From: Bacillota bacterium
GTDB lineage: Bacteria > Bacillota > Dethiobacteria > DTU022 > UBA8154
Assembly: GCA_012728375.1 (NCBI GenBank)
Contig: JAAYFF010000003.1
Span: 5,427 to 69,426, forward strand
DNA length: 64,000 nt
Direction of reading: 5' to 3'
Position numbers and translations under genes: made by a program. The notes under the pieces are model-generated. The model was given only the letters and a program-made list of their open reading frames with translations. It had not been told where the DNA came from and searched no databases. Below are positions 21,316 to 31,565 of the stretch, piece by piece. The first letter of the stretch is position 1, and each line of letters begins with the position of its first letter.

Positions 21316-21507
21316 TTAAAAAGCTCTTTTTATCTTCCCCGCTTTTAGACAACGCGTACATACCTTTATCCGTTGGGGAGTTCCGTTGATGAGAGCTTTA
21401 ATTTTTTGGATATTCGGCTTCCAATTACGTTTAGTCTTGATATGAGAATGGCTCACCATAAAACCACTACTTTTTTCACGACCACAAATAGCACACTTGT
21501 TGGCCAT
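21316..21507 (-). CDS. rpmB: 50S ribosomal protein L28
   Basis: MANKCAICG...VSHSHIKTKRNWKPNIQ...VCTRCLK; ATG after GGAGGTG. Confidence 0.95.
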   Translation of the reverse strand: MANKCAICGREKSSGFMVSHSHIKTKRNWKPNIQKIKALINGTPQRIKVCTRCLKAGKIKRAF

Positions 21508-21790
21508 TTTTCCCACCTCCTCATCAAAAACCAACAAAACATATTCTAACATAAATCATTATTAAAGACAAGGAAAAAAATATTATTAAGCTTAAAACCG
21601 GTTCAACAAGGGTTTAATTATTTTTATACCACGGGTAGTAAAAGGCAGACAATTACTTAAAAAAAACAAACTACCAAGGAATTATCTTTTAGAGATAGGT
21701 AATAATATTAGATCTTGGAGAAACTACTAAGTATATTCGCACCGGGAAGAGAAATACTATGACTACCCTGATACAAGGAGGTGAAAATAA

Positions 21791-22114
21791 ATGCCTAGCA
21801 ACAGAAGATCCGGACGTAATAGGGTATTAGTTCCCGGTGCTGCACAAGTTCTTGATACTTATAAGTATGAAATTGCCAACGAACTTGGTATCAATTATAA
21901 CGGTGACAAAGGGGAACTGTCTTCCAGACAAAATGGTTATGTCGGAGGATACATGGTAAGGAAAATGATTCAGCAAGTTGAAAACCAAATGGCCCAGGGA
22001 CAAATTCAACCAGCTCAGCTTGCGCAGCAAGCTGCGCCTCAAGTAACTCCTCCGGGTACATCTGGTTTTATGGATACTACAGCCCAGTATCCACAAAATC
22101 AAAATCAAATTTAA
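21791..22114 (+). CDS. Alpha/beta-type small acid-soluble spore protein with Gln/Pro-rich C-terminal extension
   Basis: KYEIANELG and SSRQNGYVGGYMVRKMI SASP motifs; AAGGAGGTG RBS. Confidence 0.9.
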   Translation: MPSNRRSGRNRVLVPGAAQVLDTYKYEIANELGINYNGDKGELSSRQNGYVGGYMVRKMIQQVENQMAQGQIQPAQLAQQAAPQVTPPGTSGFMDTTAQYPQNQNQI

Positions 22115-22127
22115 TAGCATTTACTCA

Positions 22128-22162
22128 ATAGCAGGAGCGGGTTTCGGCCCGCTTTTGCTGTT
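22128..22162 (+). terminator. Intrinsic terminator after the SASP gene
   Basis: AGCAGGAGCGGG-TTTCGG-CCCGCTTTTGCT hairpin. Confidence 0.7.
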
Positions 22163-22417
22163 AATATTTTTAAAAAGTCTCCCAAAAAAACTCCCCTATG
22201 GCAAACGGTTTATCCTGTTCGCACATAGGGGTTTGGGAGAGGAGAAACCGGAGGAAGAGCTTATGGGGAATATTGTTGATGCATTAGTATTATGGTACAG
22301 AAACTTGTAAAATATTCTTTTCTTTAATAAAAAAATAGTGTAAATAATTACCATTTCATTGCTTTTTACTTAGTAAAATGATAAAATACCTTCCGGCAAG
22401 TTTTTTGGAGGTAGCAT

Positions 22418-22969
22418 ATGAGAATTATTTCCGGCTCAGCCAAGGGCATGAATTTAAAATCTCCGCATGGGAAAAAAATTAGACCTACTTCGGAAAAAGT
22501 TAAAGAAGCTTTTTTTAACATAGTACAAGATAGAATTAAAGGATCTTGGTTTTTAGATTTATTTTCGGGAAGTGGGGGGATAGGCCTAGAGGCGTTAAGC
22601 AGAGGGGCAGAAAAATGTATATTTGTTGATAAGGACCGAAATTCAATTCAGTTAATCCGGGAAAATATTCAACTGACCGGAATGCAGGAAAAAGCGCGCG
22701 TCTGTCAAGGTGATGCCGGACGCGCCCTACTTGGTTTTTCAAAAGAAGAAATTTGTTTCGATATTGTTTACATAGATCCACCGTATAAGTATACAAAGAT
22801 AACCGATATTCTTTTTCTATTACATCATGGCAGATTACTTGTTGGAGGCGGTATTATAGGAGTGGAAAGGCCAAGCCGTAATGGCACGTGGGACTATTCT
22901 CCTTTTTCATTGCAGCAAAAAAAAAATTATGGAGACACAGAGTTATACCTTTTAGTCTCCCGGGAGTGA
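22418..22969 (+). CDS. rsmD: 16S rRNA (guanine966-N2)-methyltransferase
   Basis: MRIISG, RPTSEKVKEA, LDLFSGSG, DPPY. Confidence 0.93.
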   Translation: MRIISGSAKGMNLKSPHGKKIRPTSEKVKEAFFNIVQDRIKGSWFLDLFSGSGGIGLEALSRGAEKCIFVDKDRNSIQLIRENIQLTGMQEKARVCQGDAGRALLGFSKEEICFDIVYIDPPYKYTKITDILFLLHHGRLLVGGGIIGVERPSRNGTWDYSPFSLQQKKNYGDTELYLLVSRE

Positions 22970-22984
22970 GAGGGGGCATTTATT

Positions 22985-23476
22985 TTGGTTCGAGCCATAT
23001 ATCCCGGAAGTTTTGACCCCGTTACAAACGGGCATTTGGATATTATTGAACGCGCCAGCAGGGCGTTTGATCATCTTATTGTCGCAGTTCTTGAAAACCC
23101 CAGGAAAGTTTCCCTTTTTAAAATGGAAGAACGGGTTGCAATGCTTAAAATTATTACTAAAAAATTTTCCAATGTTAATGTAGACAGTTATAATGGGCTT
23201 CTTGTCGATTATGCGGATAAGGTAAATGCAAGTATTATAGTTAAGGGATTACGGGCGGTTTCCGACTTTGAAATTGAATTCCAGATGGCGTTAGCCAACA
23301 GAAAATTGAATAGCAAAGTTGAAACATTGTTTATGATGACAAATAACATTTATTCGTTTGTCAGTTCCAGTATTGTAAAAGAAGTTGCCGGATACGGAGG
23401 CAACATTCGTGATATGGTACCAAAGGAAGTTCACCAAATCATTGTGGATAAAATTAATTCGGTTAAAAATGCTTAA
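22985..23476 (+). CDS. coaD: Phosphopantetheine adenylyltransferase
   Basis: [33 protein letters not shown]. Confidence 0.96.
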   Translation: MVRAIYPGSFDPVTNGHLDIIERASRAFDHLIVAVLENPRKVSLFKMEERVAMLKIITKKFSNVNVDSYNGLLVDYADKVNASIIVKGLRAVSDFEIEFQMALANRKLNSKVETLFMMTNNIYSFVSSSIVKEVAGYGGNIRDMVPKEVHQIIVDKINSVKNA

Positions 23477-24722
23477 ACCGTTTTTTATTTGCCTTTGCTC
23501 TTTCGGAGTAATAAATAAGCAATGAGAGAACGGCCATAATGAGCAGAATTATAATTAATCTGCCTCCCATAAATACTGTTCTGCTGTACCAGTAGGGCAA
23601 ATTTCCTCGGGGTATGGTTTGGAGGAAGACTTGTTGGTAGATAATTTCCGTTGCCTGGAATATTTTTAGGGGTCCCAGTAAAAGGGCCGTATACAGACCG
23701 GCAAGGATAGCATGCAGTATGCGGGCAAGCAGGTAAGGGAAAATACTGATATCTGTTGAACTGATAATACTTGCAACTTGCGCAAAAACTGAAAGGCCGC
23801 TCCAGGCAATTATTGCACTAACGATAATAAGCTTTTCATCCATGGCAACACCTTGAAGTGATCCGGCCGCCTGACAGCCCAGATCAAGTTCGAATATTCC
23901 TCTAATTAATGCCGAAGATAGAGAAGGGCTGATTCTTATAAAATTGAGCATTTTCGAGACAGGCGAGGCGATGATGGAAAAGATACCGGAAAGATCCATC
24001 ATCGTAAGGATAACTGAAAAAAGCATAATAAATCCTCCAACTAACAAAAGGGTATTTATTGATTGTATAACCGCTTCTCCAAGCATTTCCCCGAAAGGCC
24101 GGTTATCTTTTTGCCTCGCTCCAACAAGCGCTGCCATAGCACGGCTAATAATTCCCGCTTCCCGATTTGGCCGTGTTTTTTCTTTTTGCCGTATTTCCCC
24201 CCGAGCCCGGTAAAAGCGCATCAATAGGCCGACGGAAAGGCTGGAAGCGTAATGGGCAAAGGCGATGATCATGCCGGCATGAGGCGCATGTAACATTCCC
24301 ACGGCCACTGCACCGAACATGAAAAGGGGATCGGCTGTATTGGTAAAACTCAGCAGGCGTTCCGCCTCCACTTTGTTGCACAGGTTTTGCTCTCTGAGCT
24401 TTTTCGTTAATACCGCTCCTATGGGATAACCGGAAGCAAGGCCCATAGCCATGACAAATGATCCCGCACCGGGAACGTTAAAAATTGGGCGCATAATGGG
24501 CTCCAGTAAAACCCCCAGGAAATGGACAACCCCTAGGCCGATAAGTAATTGTGAAAAGATGAAAAACGGAAGCAAGGCCGGAAAAACAATATTCCACCAG
24601 ATAGCCAGACCGCTAAGGGAGGCTTCAAAAGCCTCTTTTGGGTAAAATACCATTCCAATAGTTAAAAAAACAGCAATAATTGCCGGAAGATAAAAAGAGA
24701 ATAGTTGTTTTTTTAGCGACAT
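23463..24722 (-). CDS. ylbJ: Sporulation integral membrane protein YlbJ
   Basis: [35 protein letters not shown]; coaD-ylbJ-ylbK-ylbL synteny. Confidence 0.88.
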   Translation of the reverse strand: MSLKKQLFSFYLPAIIAVFLTIGMVFYPKEAFEASLSGLAIWWNIVFPALLPFFIFSQLLIGLGVVHFLGVLLEPIMRPIFNVPGAGSFVMAMGLASGYPIGAVLTKKLREQNLCNKVEAERLLSFTNTADPLFMFGAVAVGMLHAPHAGMIIAFAHYASSLSVGLLMRFYRARGEIRQKEKTRPNREAGIISRAMAALVGARQKDNRPFGEMLGEAVIQSINTLLLVGGFIMLFSVILTMMDLSGIFSIIASPVSKMLNFIRISPSLSSALIRGIFELDLGCQAAGSLQGVAMDEKLIIVSAIIAWSGLSVFAQVASIISSTDISIFPYLLARILHAILAGLYTALLLGPLKIFQATEIIYQQVFLQTIPRGNLPYWYSRTVFMGGRLIIILLIMAVLSLLIYYSERAKANKKRFKHF

Positions 24723-24934
24723 GCCTTAACCCCCGCTTTTACATTAAATCCGCTTACAACAATATATATCGTTTCTTTTCTTAAGATAGACCTTTTCAGA
24801 ACAATTAAAACTGAAAACAAGAAGGGAAACAGTCAAAATATGGAGAATTAAATGCCATGGCATTTATCTCATTTTTAAGTTTAATTCTGCAATATTCATG
24901 TAAAATATATTATTTCATACAAAGAGGTGTAAGT

Positions 24935-25240
24935 ATGATTAAGGTAGAGAAAATGCAAATAGGAAAAGCAGTTGTTATCCTTCCCGAAAAAGTTAATATT
25001 GCCAATTCTCCGGACCTAAAAAATAAACTGCAATTGTTATTTGATGAAGGGATCAATGAAATTGTCATTAATTTCTCTCAGACAAAAATGATTGACAGCT
25101 CTTGTCTGGGGAAGTTGCTTATGTTTCAAAAGAAGCTGAAAGAACGTCAAGGAGAGTTAATTATAGAAGATGTAACCAGCGACTATATTAACAAACTGTT
25201 TAATATGATCCAGCTGCAAAAAGTTATTAAAATCAATTAA
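24935..25240 (+). CDS. STAS domain protein (anti-anti-sigma-like)
   Basis: INFSQTKMIDSSCLGKLL; ATG 24935 after GAGGTG. Confidence 0.8.
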   Translation: MIKVEKMQIGKAVVILPEKVNIANSPDLKNKLQLLFDEGINEIVINFSQTKMIDSSCLGKLLMFQKKLKERQGELIIEDVTSDYINKLFNMIQLQKVIKIN

Positions 25241-25399
25241 TTTGCCTAACTAATATTAGGAAACTAACCCCCCGGCCGGAAAAAAGCAGGGGGTTTCTTT
25301 TTAAAGATAAACAACATAGCAAAGAAAGAGTTTTTAATTAAGATACAAATGATTTATAATAAGAAGAAAGAGATAAACTAGAAAAGTCCGTAAAAAAAA

Positions 25400-26245
25400 T
25401 TGGAGGGCTTTTTAAATTTGTTCGCCAAAAACGATATAATAGAAAAAAGCGATGGTAAAGGGGAAAGGGGTAAAGTAAAGATTGGCCTTGCTTTAGGAGG
25501 AGGATCTGCCAGGGGCTTTGCCCATATTGGTGTTCTCAAAGTCTTTGAAGAAGCTGGGATTAAAATTGACTACCTGGCCGGCACTAGTATGGGAGCTCTT
25601 ATTGGGGCCGTCTATGCGTGCGGAACAAATATTCGCATGCTGGAAAAGTTGTCCTGGGCCTTAAAGCGCCGGAACTGGCTGGACTTTACCTTTCCCCGCA
25701 TGGGTTTTATCAGCGGCAAGAAAATTGAACGAATTATTTATCTTTTAACTCGCCGTTCTACTTTTGCAGATTTAAAAATTCCGCTGGCAGTTGTTGCCGT
25801 TGATCTTATAAGCGGAAAGAAGGTAGTTATTAAGGAAGGCATTGTTGCTTCGGCTGTAAGGGCTTCCATTTCCATTCCCGGTTACTTTGTTCCGGTTAAT
25901 TGGAAGGAAATGCTTTTGGTAGACGGAGGAATTCTAGATATAATCCCCGGTGATGTGGTGCGCGACATGGGGGCCGATTATGTAATTGCCGTTGATGTCG
26001 GTGCAAACCTGGATAACTTTAAAATAAATAATCTTTTGGACGTGATCAGCCGCTCATTTGAAATTATGGTGAAAGAGCTAGGCAGTCAGACCATTAATGA
26101 TGCAGATATTGTTATTAAACCTAAGCTTTCAGGGATAGCTCCTTCCCAATTCGACAGGGCGCGTGAGGCAATTCTAATTGGCGAAAAATATGCCCGCGAA
26201 GCGCTCCCTGCCATTCTTGGCGATCTTACCGCTTTGCAAAGGTAG
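25400..26245 (+). CDS. Patatin-like phospholipase (YlbK-like)
   Basis: GGGSARG, GTSMG nucleophile elbow, DGG. Confidence 0.92.
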   Translation: MEGFLNLFAKNDIIEKSDGKGERGKVKIGLALGGGSARGFAHIGVLKVFEEAGIKIDYLAGTSMGALIGAVYACGTNIRMLEKLSWALKRRNWLDFTFPRMGFISGKKIERIIYLLTRRSTFADLKIPLAVVAVDLISGKKVVIKEGIVASAVRASISIPGYFVPVNWKEMLLVDGGILDIIPGDVVRDMGADYVIAVDVGANLDNFKINNLLDVISRSFEIMVKELGSQTINDADIVIKPKLSGIAPSQFDRAREAILIGEKYAREALPAILGDLTALQR

Positions 26246-26254
26246 GTAAAGGTT

Positions 26255-27262
26255 TTGAAAAAACATTTAAGGTTTCCCATTATTATTTTTATTTTTATTT
26301 TAGCTTTCATGGGATCATTGATGCAAACCAACTACTACTTGATAAAACCCGGCTCTGTTGAAGAGCTTGGAGAAATGATTCAAGTTGAGGGAAAGGCAAG
26401 GGAAGAAGAAGGGCAGTTTTTTATGGTAACCGTTGCCCAGCAGCAAGCGAATCTTTGGCTTATGCTCTATGGTATCGTAAATCCGCTGATGGAGCTGCGT
26501 CCCATATCCAGGATGATACCACCGGATATGTCCTTGGAAGATTATAATAAGCTTATGCAAAGTATGATGCAGGAAAGTAAGTACATGGCTCAATTTATTT
26601 CCCTTCGCAAGGCAGGTTATGAGGTCCCCATCGTCAGCGACGGGGTAGAGGTCATTGAACTGATTCCAGGTAGCCCTGCCGAGAATATCCTGCAGTCCGG
26701 CGACATAATCAAATTTGTGGAAGGGAAAAAGGTAAACCTCGCTGAAGAAGTGATTTCTCTTGTTCAGGAAAAGAAAATTGGAGAACAGGTAAAACTTACT
26801 GTACAGCGCGAGAGGATGTTAAAAGATTTTTCTATTCCTACTGTTCCCCATACTGATTTTCCCGACAAATCCGCTCTGAAGATTTATGTGCGCACGAAGA
26901 ATTGGCAGCCGCTGTTACCTCTGGAAATTGAAATTGATACAGGTCCGGTTGTCGGGCCGTCAGCGGGGATGATGTTCGTCCTCGAATTACTGGATCGCCT
27001 TCTTCCTGAGAATTTAACTGGAGGCAAAAATATTGCAGGAACCGGTACCATTTCCCTGGATGAAAAAGTTGGAGCTATTGGAGGAGTTAGGCAAAAAGTA
27101 GTTGCAGCAGAAAATTCCGGGATTGAATATTTTTTAGTGCCTGAGGATAATTACGAAGAAGCCGCCGGCGTTGCACGAAAAATTAAAGTTGTTTCAGTGG
27201 CCACTCTGGATGAAGCCCTTGTCTTTTTACGCAACCTGGATACTGCTGCAGAAGGCAATTGA
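26255..27262 (+). CDS. PDZ / Lon-like S16 protease (YlbL-like)
   Basis: N-terminal TM, PDZ, GPSAG catalytic Ser, GTGTI, IGGVRQK. Confidence 0.9.
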   Translation: MKKHLRFPIIIFIFILAFMGSLMQTNYYLIKPGSVEELGEMIQVEGKAREEEGQFFMVTVAQQQANLWLMLYGIVNPLMELRPISRMIPPDMSLEDYNKLMQSMMQESKYMAQFISLRKAGYEVPIVSDGVEVIELIPGSPAENILQSGDIIKFVEGKKVNLAEEVISLVQEKKIGEQVKLTVQRERMLKDFSIPTVPHTDFPDKSALKIYVRTKNWQPLLPLEIEIDTGPVVGPSAGMMFVLELLDRLLPENLTGGKNIAGTGTISLDEKVGAIGGVRQKVVAAENSGIEYFLVPEDNYEEAAGVARKIKVVSVATLDEALVFLRNLDTAAEGN

Positions 27263-27283
27263 AGATCCTTGCAAACTGATGTT

Positions 27284-27312
27284 TTGACAGAGAGGATGAA
27301 TTATGTTACACT
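27284..27312 (+). promoter_or_regulatory. SigA-type promoter of rnpB
   Basis: TTGACA-N17-TACACT with extended TG. Confidence 0.6.
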
Positions 27313-27362
27313 AAGGTTGCTAACAAAGCATCAACAATTAAAGTATATTTTTGTTTACAAAT

Positions 27363-27724
27363 GAGTAAACTGGGCAGCCGCGGAGGTCGAGAAAAGGCCT
27401 TCGAGGAAAGTCCGAGCTCCGCAGGGCAGGGTGCTGGGTAACACCCAGTGGGGGCGACCCTAAGGAAAGTGCCACAGAAATTAAACCGCCCTTTAAGTAA
27501 AGGGTAAGGATGAAACGGTGCGGTAAGAGCGCACCAGCAGCCGGGCGACCGGCCGGCTAGGCAAACCCCACCCGGAGCAAGACAGAATAGGAGGGAGATG
27601 ACGTTGCCCGCCGAATCCCTCGGGTAAAGTCGCTGGAGGTGTCAGGCAACTGGCATCCAAGATAGATGGCTGCCGCTCCTTTTAGTTTTAATGGAGATAC
27701 AGAACTCGGCTTACAAGTTTGCTC
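27363..27724 (+). ncRNA. rnpB: RNase P RNA, bacterial type A
   Basis: GAGGAAAGTCCGAGCTC, AGTGCCACAGAAA, GGTAAGAG, GGCAAACCCC, ACAGAACTCGGCTTAC; terminal GAGTAAAC/GTTTGCTC helix. Confidence 0.97.
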
Positions 27725-27916
27725 ATTGTTAACTAATTAATACCGCATAAATGATTATGCGGTATTTTATTTTCAGGAGGAAGCCTTCCGTCTTTAGGAC
27801 TGAAGGCTTTAAAGTTTCGCTGCGCTGGGGGGATAGAATGGGTAGGCAACATATTTTTCTATCTTATGATATAATTATACTATATCAAGAAAACGCATGT
27901 TCAATAAGGGAAGGGG

Positions 27917-28618
27917 GTGAAGCTTATTAACCGGGTCAAGGAGGTATTTAAAGAAGTATGTTATGCCATGGTCCCCCTTTCCCTGGTCGTTATCTTTTTG
28001 CAGCTTATCCTTCTTAAACTGCCCGGAGAGGTCTTTTTACAGTTTTTAATAGGTGTTATTATGGTTGGTGGCGGCCTTTTTTTATTCCTAATCGGCGGAC
28101 AGGTAGCCCTTCTCCCTATGGGAGAGTTGATTGGGTCAGAACTGCCAAAGAGGGGAAATCTATGGGTAGTCCTTTTTTTTGGATTACTTTTGGGCTTTGC
28201 CGTTACACTGGCAGAGCCCCATGTCCGGGTGCTCGCTCTGCAGGTGGATATGGTTTCTCAGGGGGTAGTCAGCCAGAGTATGCTTATCTATGCGGTTGCC
28301 TCAGGCGTGGGCATTTTTCTTTCTATGGCTTTGTTGAGGATTTTATTTAGAGTATCAATTATTTATCTTCTTATTGCGGGGTATATCCTTATCTTTCTCA
28401 TCGCCTCTTTTTCTTCTCCGGAGTTTGTTCCGGTTTCCTTCGATGCGGGAGGCGTGATAACGGGCCCTCTGGTTGTTCCTTTTCTACTGTCCCTTGGCGT
28501 TGGCGTATCTTCAACCCTGGGGGGCAAGAGCAGTACTGCGGATCGTTTTGGGCTGGTAGCGCTGTCTTCTGTCGGACCTGTTCTGGCTATTTTGTTATTG
28601 GGGGTGTTTTATCGGTGA
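27917..28618 (+). CDS. DUF1538 family membrane protein
   Basis: TLAEP, FDAGGVITGPLVVPF, FGLVALSSVGP. Confidence 0.9.
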   Translation: MKLINRVKEVFKEVCYAMVPLSLVVIFLQLILLKLPGEVFLQFLIGVIMVGGGLFLFLIGGQVALLPMGELIGSELPKRGNLWVVLFFGLLLGFAVTLAEPHVRVLALQVDMVSQGVVSQSMLIYAVASGVGIFLSMALLRILFRVSIIYLLIAGYILIFLIASFSSPEFVPVSFDAGGVITGPLVVPFLLSLGVGVSSTLGGKSSTADRFGLVALSSVGPVLAILLLGVFYR

Positions 28619-29343
28619 AAATCCAGATCTTTGCAGGTTTTTTTCAGACTGTTGCCGAAGTTGCCCTGGCTTTGACACCATTGCTCCTTTTCTTTATCCT
28701 ATTCCAGATTTTTTTCTTAAAGCTTCCCCGAGAAAAGTTTCTTAATCTTTTAAAGGGAACTTTGCTCGCTTTCTTTGGATTAGTTTTTTTCCTGCAGGGA
28801 GTGAATATGGTTTTTTTCCCGGTTGGAGAAATAATTGGGTTCACTATTGCTTCCTTACATGATAACTGGCTCCTTATTCCTATCGGTTTTCTAATGGGGT
28901 TTACGGCTACTTTTGCCGAACCTACTGTGCGGATATTGAATTTAGAAGTAGATAAAGTCACCAGCGGTTCTGTTCCGCAAAAAGTGATGCTTTATACTCT
29001 TTCCATCGGCGTTGCTGTTTCTACAGCTCTTGCCATGCTGCGCGTTCTTACCGGATGGCATCTTTATTATTTTCTCGTACCGGGTTATCTTCTGGCGCTG
29101 GTGTTATTTCGTTATTCATCTCCTGCTTTTATTGCCATTGCCTTTGATGCCGGCGCTGTAAGTACAGGCCCTATGACCGTAACATTTATTCTGGCTATTG
29201 CGGTGGGAGCGGCTTCGGTGCTCGAAGGAAGAAATCCGCTCATAGATGGTTTTGGTTTAGTTTCGCTGGTTTTCATGACCCCGATCCTGACTGTCTTGAT
29301 CCTGGGGGTGCTTTTTAACAGGAAAAAGGAGGCTGAACTATGA
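28615..29343 (+). CDS. DUF1538 family membrane protein (second paralog)
   Basis: TFAEP, FDAGAVSTGPMTVTF, DGFGLV; overlaps the previous gene. Confidence 0.9.
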   Translation: MKIQIFAGFFQTVAEVALALTPLLLFFILFQIFFLKLPREKFLNLLKGTLLAFFGLVFFLQGVNMVFFPVGEIIGFTIASLHDNWLLIPIGFLMGFTATFAEPTVRILNLEVDKVTSGSVPQKVMLYTLSIGVAVSTALAMLRVLTGWHLYYFLVPGYLLALVLFRYSSPAFIAIAFDAGAVSTGPMTVTFILAIAVGAASVLEGRNPLIDGFGLVSLVFMTPILTVLILGVLFNRKKEAEL

Positions 29344-30035
29344 ATGACCCGCTTAAAAGTTATCTGGCCGGCCAAAAATTAATTGTTACCATTGTGCAAA
29401 AGGGAATAGCCTCCAAAATTGTCGGCATCACTAAGAAAGCCGGGGCGCAAGGCGGGACGATCCTGCTCGGCCGGGGGACAGGTATTCACGAATATAAAAA
29501 GCTTTTCGGCATTGCCCTCGATCCGGAAAAAGAAATTATACTAACTCTTGCTGATCAACAAAATATCGCCCCGATTTTAGATGCTATTGTTCAACAGGCA
29601 AAATTAAACAAGCCCGGTAATGGCGTTAGCTTCGTGCTGGATGTCCCCAGGGCGGCAGGTATGGTTCACTTGCTGCCTTTCGCAGGATTAAATAAAGGAG
29701 AGGATAGGCAGATGCAGGTTCCCCAGTACGACTTAATAGTGACCATCGTTGACAAAGGGTTTGGCGACCGGATCGTTGATATTAGCAAAGAAGCCGGTGC
29801 AGAGGGCGGAACGATTCTCTATGGACGCGGCACAGGAATTCATGAAAAGGCAAAACTCTTCGGCATTCCCATTGAACCAGAAAAGGAACTGGTTCTGACT
29901 TTAATTCCGCGAAAAAAAACCAGCTCAGTACTGGACGCTATCCTGAAAAAGGGTGAACTCTGCAAACCGGGCAAAGGAATCGCCTTTGTTTTAAATGTAG
30001 AAAAAACAGCGGGAATCAATCATCCTGCCGGCTAA
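29340..30035 (+). CDS. Tandem P-II-like regulator (two P-II domains)
   Basis: Two repeats of GAxGGTILxGRGTGIHE...FGIxxxPEKE...PGxGxxFVLxV. Confidence 0.88.
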   Translation: MNDPLKSYLAGQKLIVTIVQKGIASKIVGITKKAGAQGGTILLGRGTGIHEYKKLFGIALDPEKEIILTLADQQNIAPILDAIVQQAKLNKPGNGVSFVLDVPRAAGMVHLLPFAGLNKGEDRQMQVPQYDLIVTIVDKGFGDRIVDISKEAGAEGGTILYGRGTGIHEKAKLFGIPIEPEKELVLTLIPRKKTSSVLDAILKKGELCKPGKGIAFVLNVEKTAGINHPAG

Positions 30036-30093
30036 CTGCGGTTAAGACAAACGAAGTGATGGAGCCGGAAATCTTTGTGACGGAGGGTTCGGC

Positions 30094-31413
30094 ATGTCAT
30101 TTCCCATGCAGGTTTTTCTTCTGGTTCTCTTGTTATTAAACTTAGCTGTTTGTCTTTTTTTAATAACAAGAAGTTACAGCTCTTCCGGAGATCGTGAGCA
30201 GAAAGCAAGGTGGGAAGTGCTGGATAAAAACTGGCAGAGAATGGAGCATGGTTTCAGGGAAGAACTGGCGAAGATCCGCGAAGAACTGCATTCCGGAGCC
30301 AGGTCCAACCGCGAAGAACTGCAGTCTTCTTTGAAAGATTTTGGACAAACCCTCTCAGGGCAGGTTATGCAGATTGCTGCTTTACAAAAAAACCAGCTGG
30401 AAATATTCGCCGGACAATTGCAGAAGCTGACAATAACCAATGAAGAGAAGCTGGAAAAGATGAGGGAGACTGTTGAAGGCAAGCTGGCACGGCTTCAGGA
30501 GGAAAACAGCCGGAAGCTGGAAGAGATGCGGGTTACTGTTGACGAGAAGCTTCACATGACTCTGGAAAAACGGCTTGGCGAATCCTTCAAGCTTGTTAGC
30601 GACAGGTTGGAGCTCGTACATAAAGGCCTGGGTGAGATGCAGATGCTTGCTGCAGGGGTAGGGGATTTAAAAAAAGTATTGACCAACGTTAAGATAAGGG
30701 GGACCCTTGGAGAAATTCAGTTGGGCAGCATTCTGGAACAGCTTCTTTCTCCCGAACAATATTCAACTAATGTCGCCGTCAAGAAAGGGGGAGAGCGGGT
30801 CGAATATGCTGTAAAACTTCCCGGACCTTCAGAGGGCCGGCATGTCTGGCTTCCCCTGGATGCAAAATTTCCTCTGGAAGACTACCAGAGGCTTCTGGAG
30901 GCTTATGACCGGGCGGAATCTTCAGCTATGGAAGCAGCAGCCAAACAACTGGAAGTTAGGATTAAGGCCTGCGCCAGGGATATAAGCCAGAAGTACCTTT
31001 CCCCGCCCGAAACGACTGATTTCGGCATTATGTTTCTTCCGGTGGAGGGCCTTTTCGCCGAAGTGTTAAGACGCCAAGGACTTTTTGAAACCCTGCAGAG
31101 GGATTTCAGGGTTGTTGTAACCGGCCCGACGACCCTCGCCGCGTTGCTCAACAGCCTACAGATGGGTTTTAAGACCCTGGCTATTCAAAAACGCTCCGGG
31201 GAGGTCTGGTCCCTCCTGGGAGCTGTGAAGACGGATTTTGGGAAACTTGGAGAAATTCTGGAGAAAACCCATCGTAAAATAATGGAGGCAGGCCGGAATA
31301 TTGAAAATGCCACACGCAAAACCGGCGTCATTCAGCGTAAATTACAAGATGTCCAGGAACTTCCTGGCTCCGATGCGGGGAAACTTCTTGACATCGTCGA
31401 AGAAAAGGGATAA
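30094..31413 (+). CDS. rmuC: DNA recombination protein RmuC
   Basis: N-terminal TM, coiled coil, RGTLGEIQL, LPLDAKFPLEDY, MFLPVEGLF, GPTTLAALL. Confidence 0.93.
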   Translation: MSFPMQVFLLVLLLLNLAVCLFLITRSYSSSGDREQKARWEVLDKNWQRMEHGFREELAKIREELHSGARSNREELQSSLKDFGQTLSGQVMQIAALQKNQLEIFAGQLQKLTITNEEKLEKMRETVEGKLARLQEENSRKLEEMRVTVDEKLHMTLEKRLGESFKLVSDRLELVHKGLGEMQMLAAGVGDLKKVLTNVKIRGTLGEIQLGSILEQLLSPEQYSTNVAVKKGGERVEYAVKLPGPSEGRHVWLPLDAKFPLEDYQRLLEAYDRAESSAMEAAAKQLEVRIKACARDISQKYLSPPETTDFGIMFLPVEGLFAEVLRRQGLFETLQRDFRVVVTGPTTLAALLNSLQMGFKTLAIQKRSGEVWSLLGAVKTDFGKLGEILEKTHRKIMEAGRNIENATRKTGVIQRKLQDVQELPGSDAGKLLDIVEEKG

Positions 31414-31565
31414 ACTACCGAAAGGATTTATTTAAAAGAAGACGAATTAAATTAACTTGATAACATATTCTTCTTGCTTGCACCATTTCTCTGCCTAAAT
31501 GGCTGAACCTTATGGCATGCAGGTGCTTTTCTCCTTTACATAAACATAGAAAGGAGATGCATGTT

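Noticed and set aside
27781-27810. Hairpin AAGCCTTCCGTCTTTAGGACTGAAGGCTT resembling an IS200/IS605 end
   Set aside because: Single copy, no tnpA/tnpB or second end; it may be an extra terminator after rnpB.
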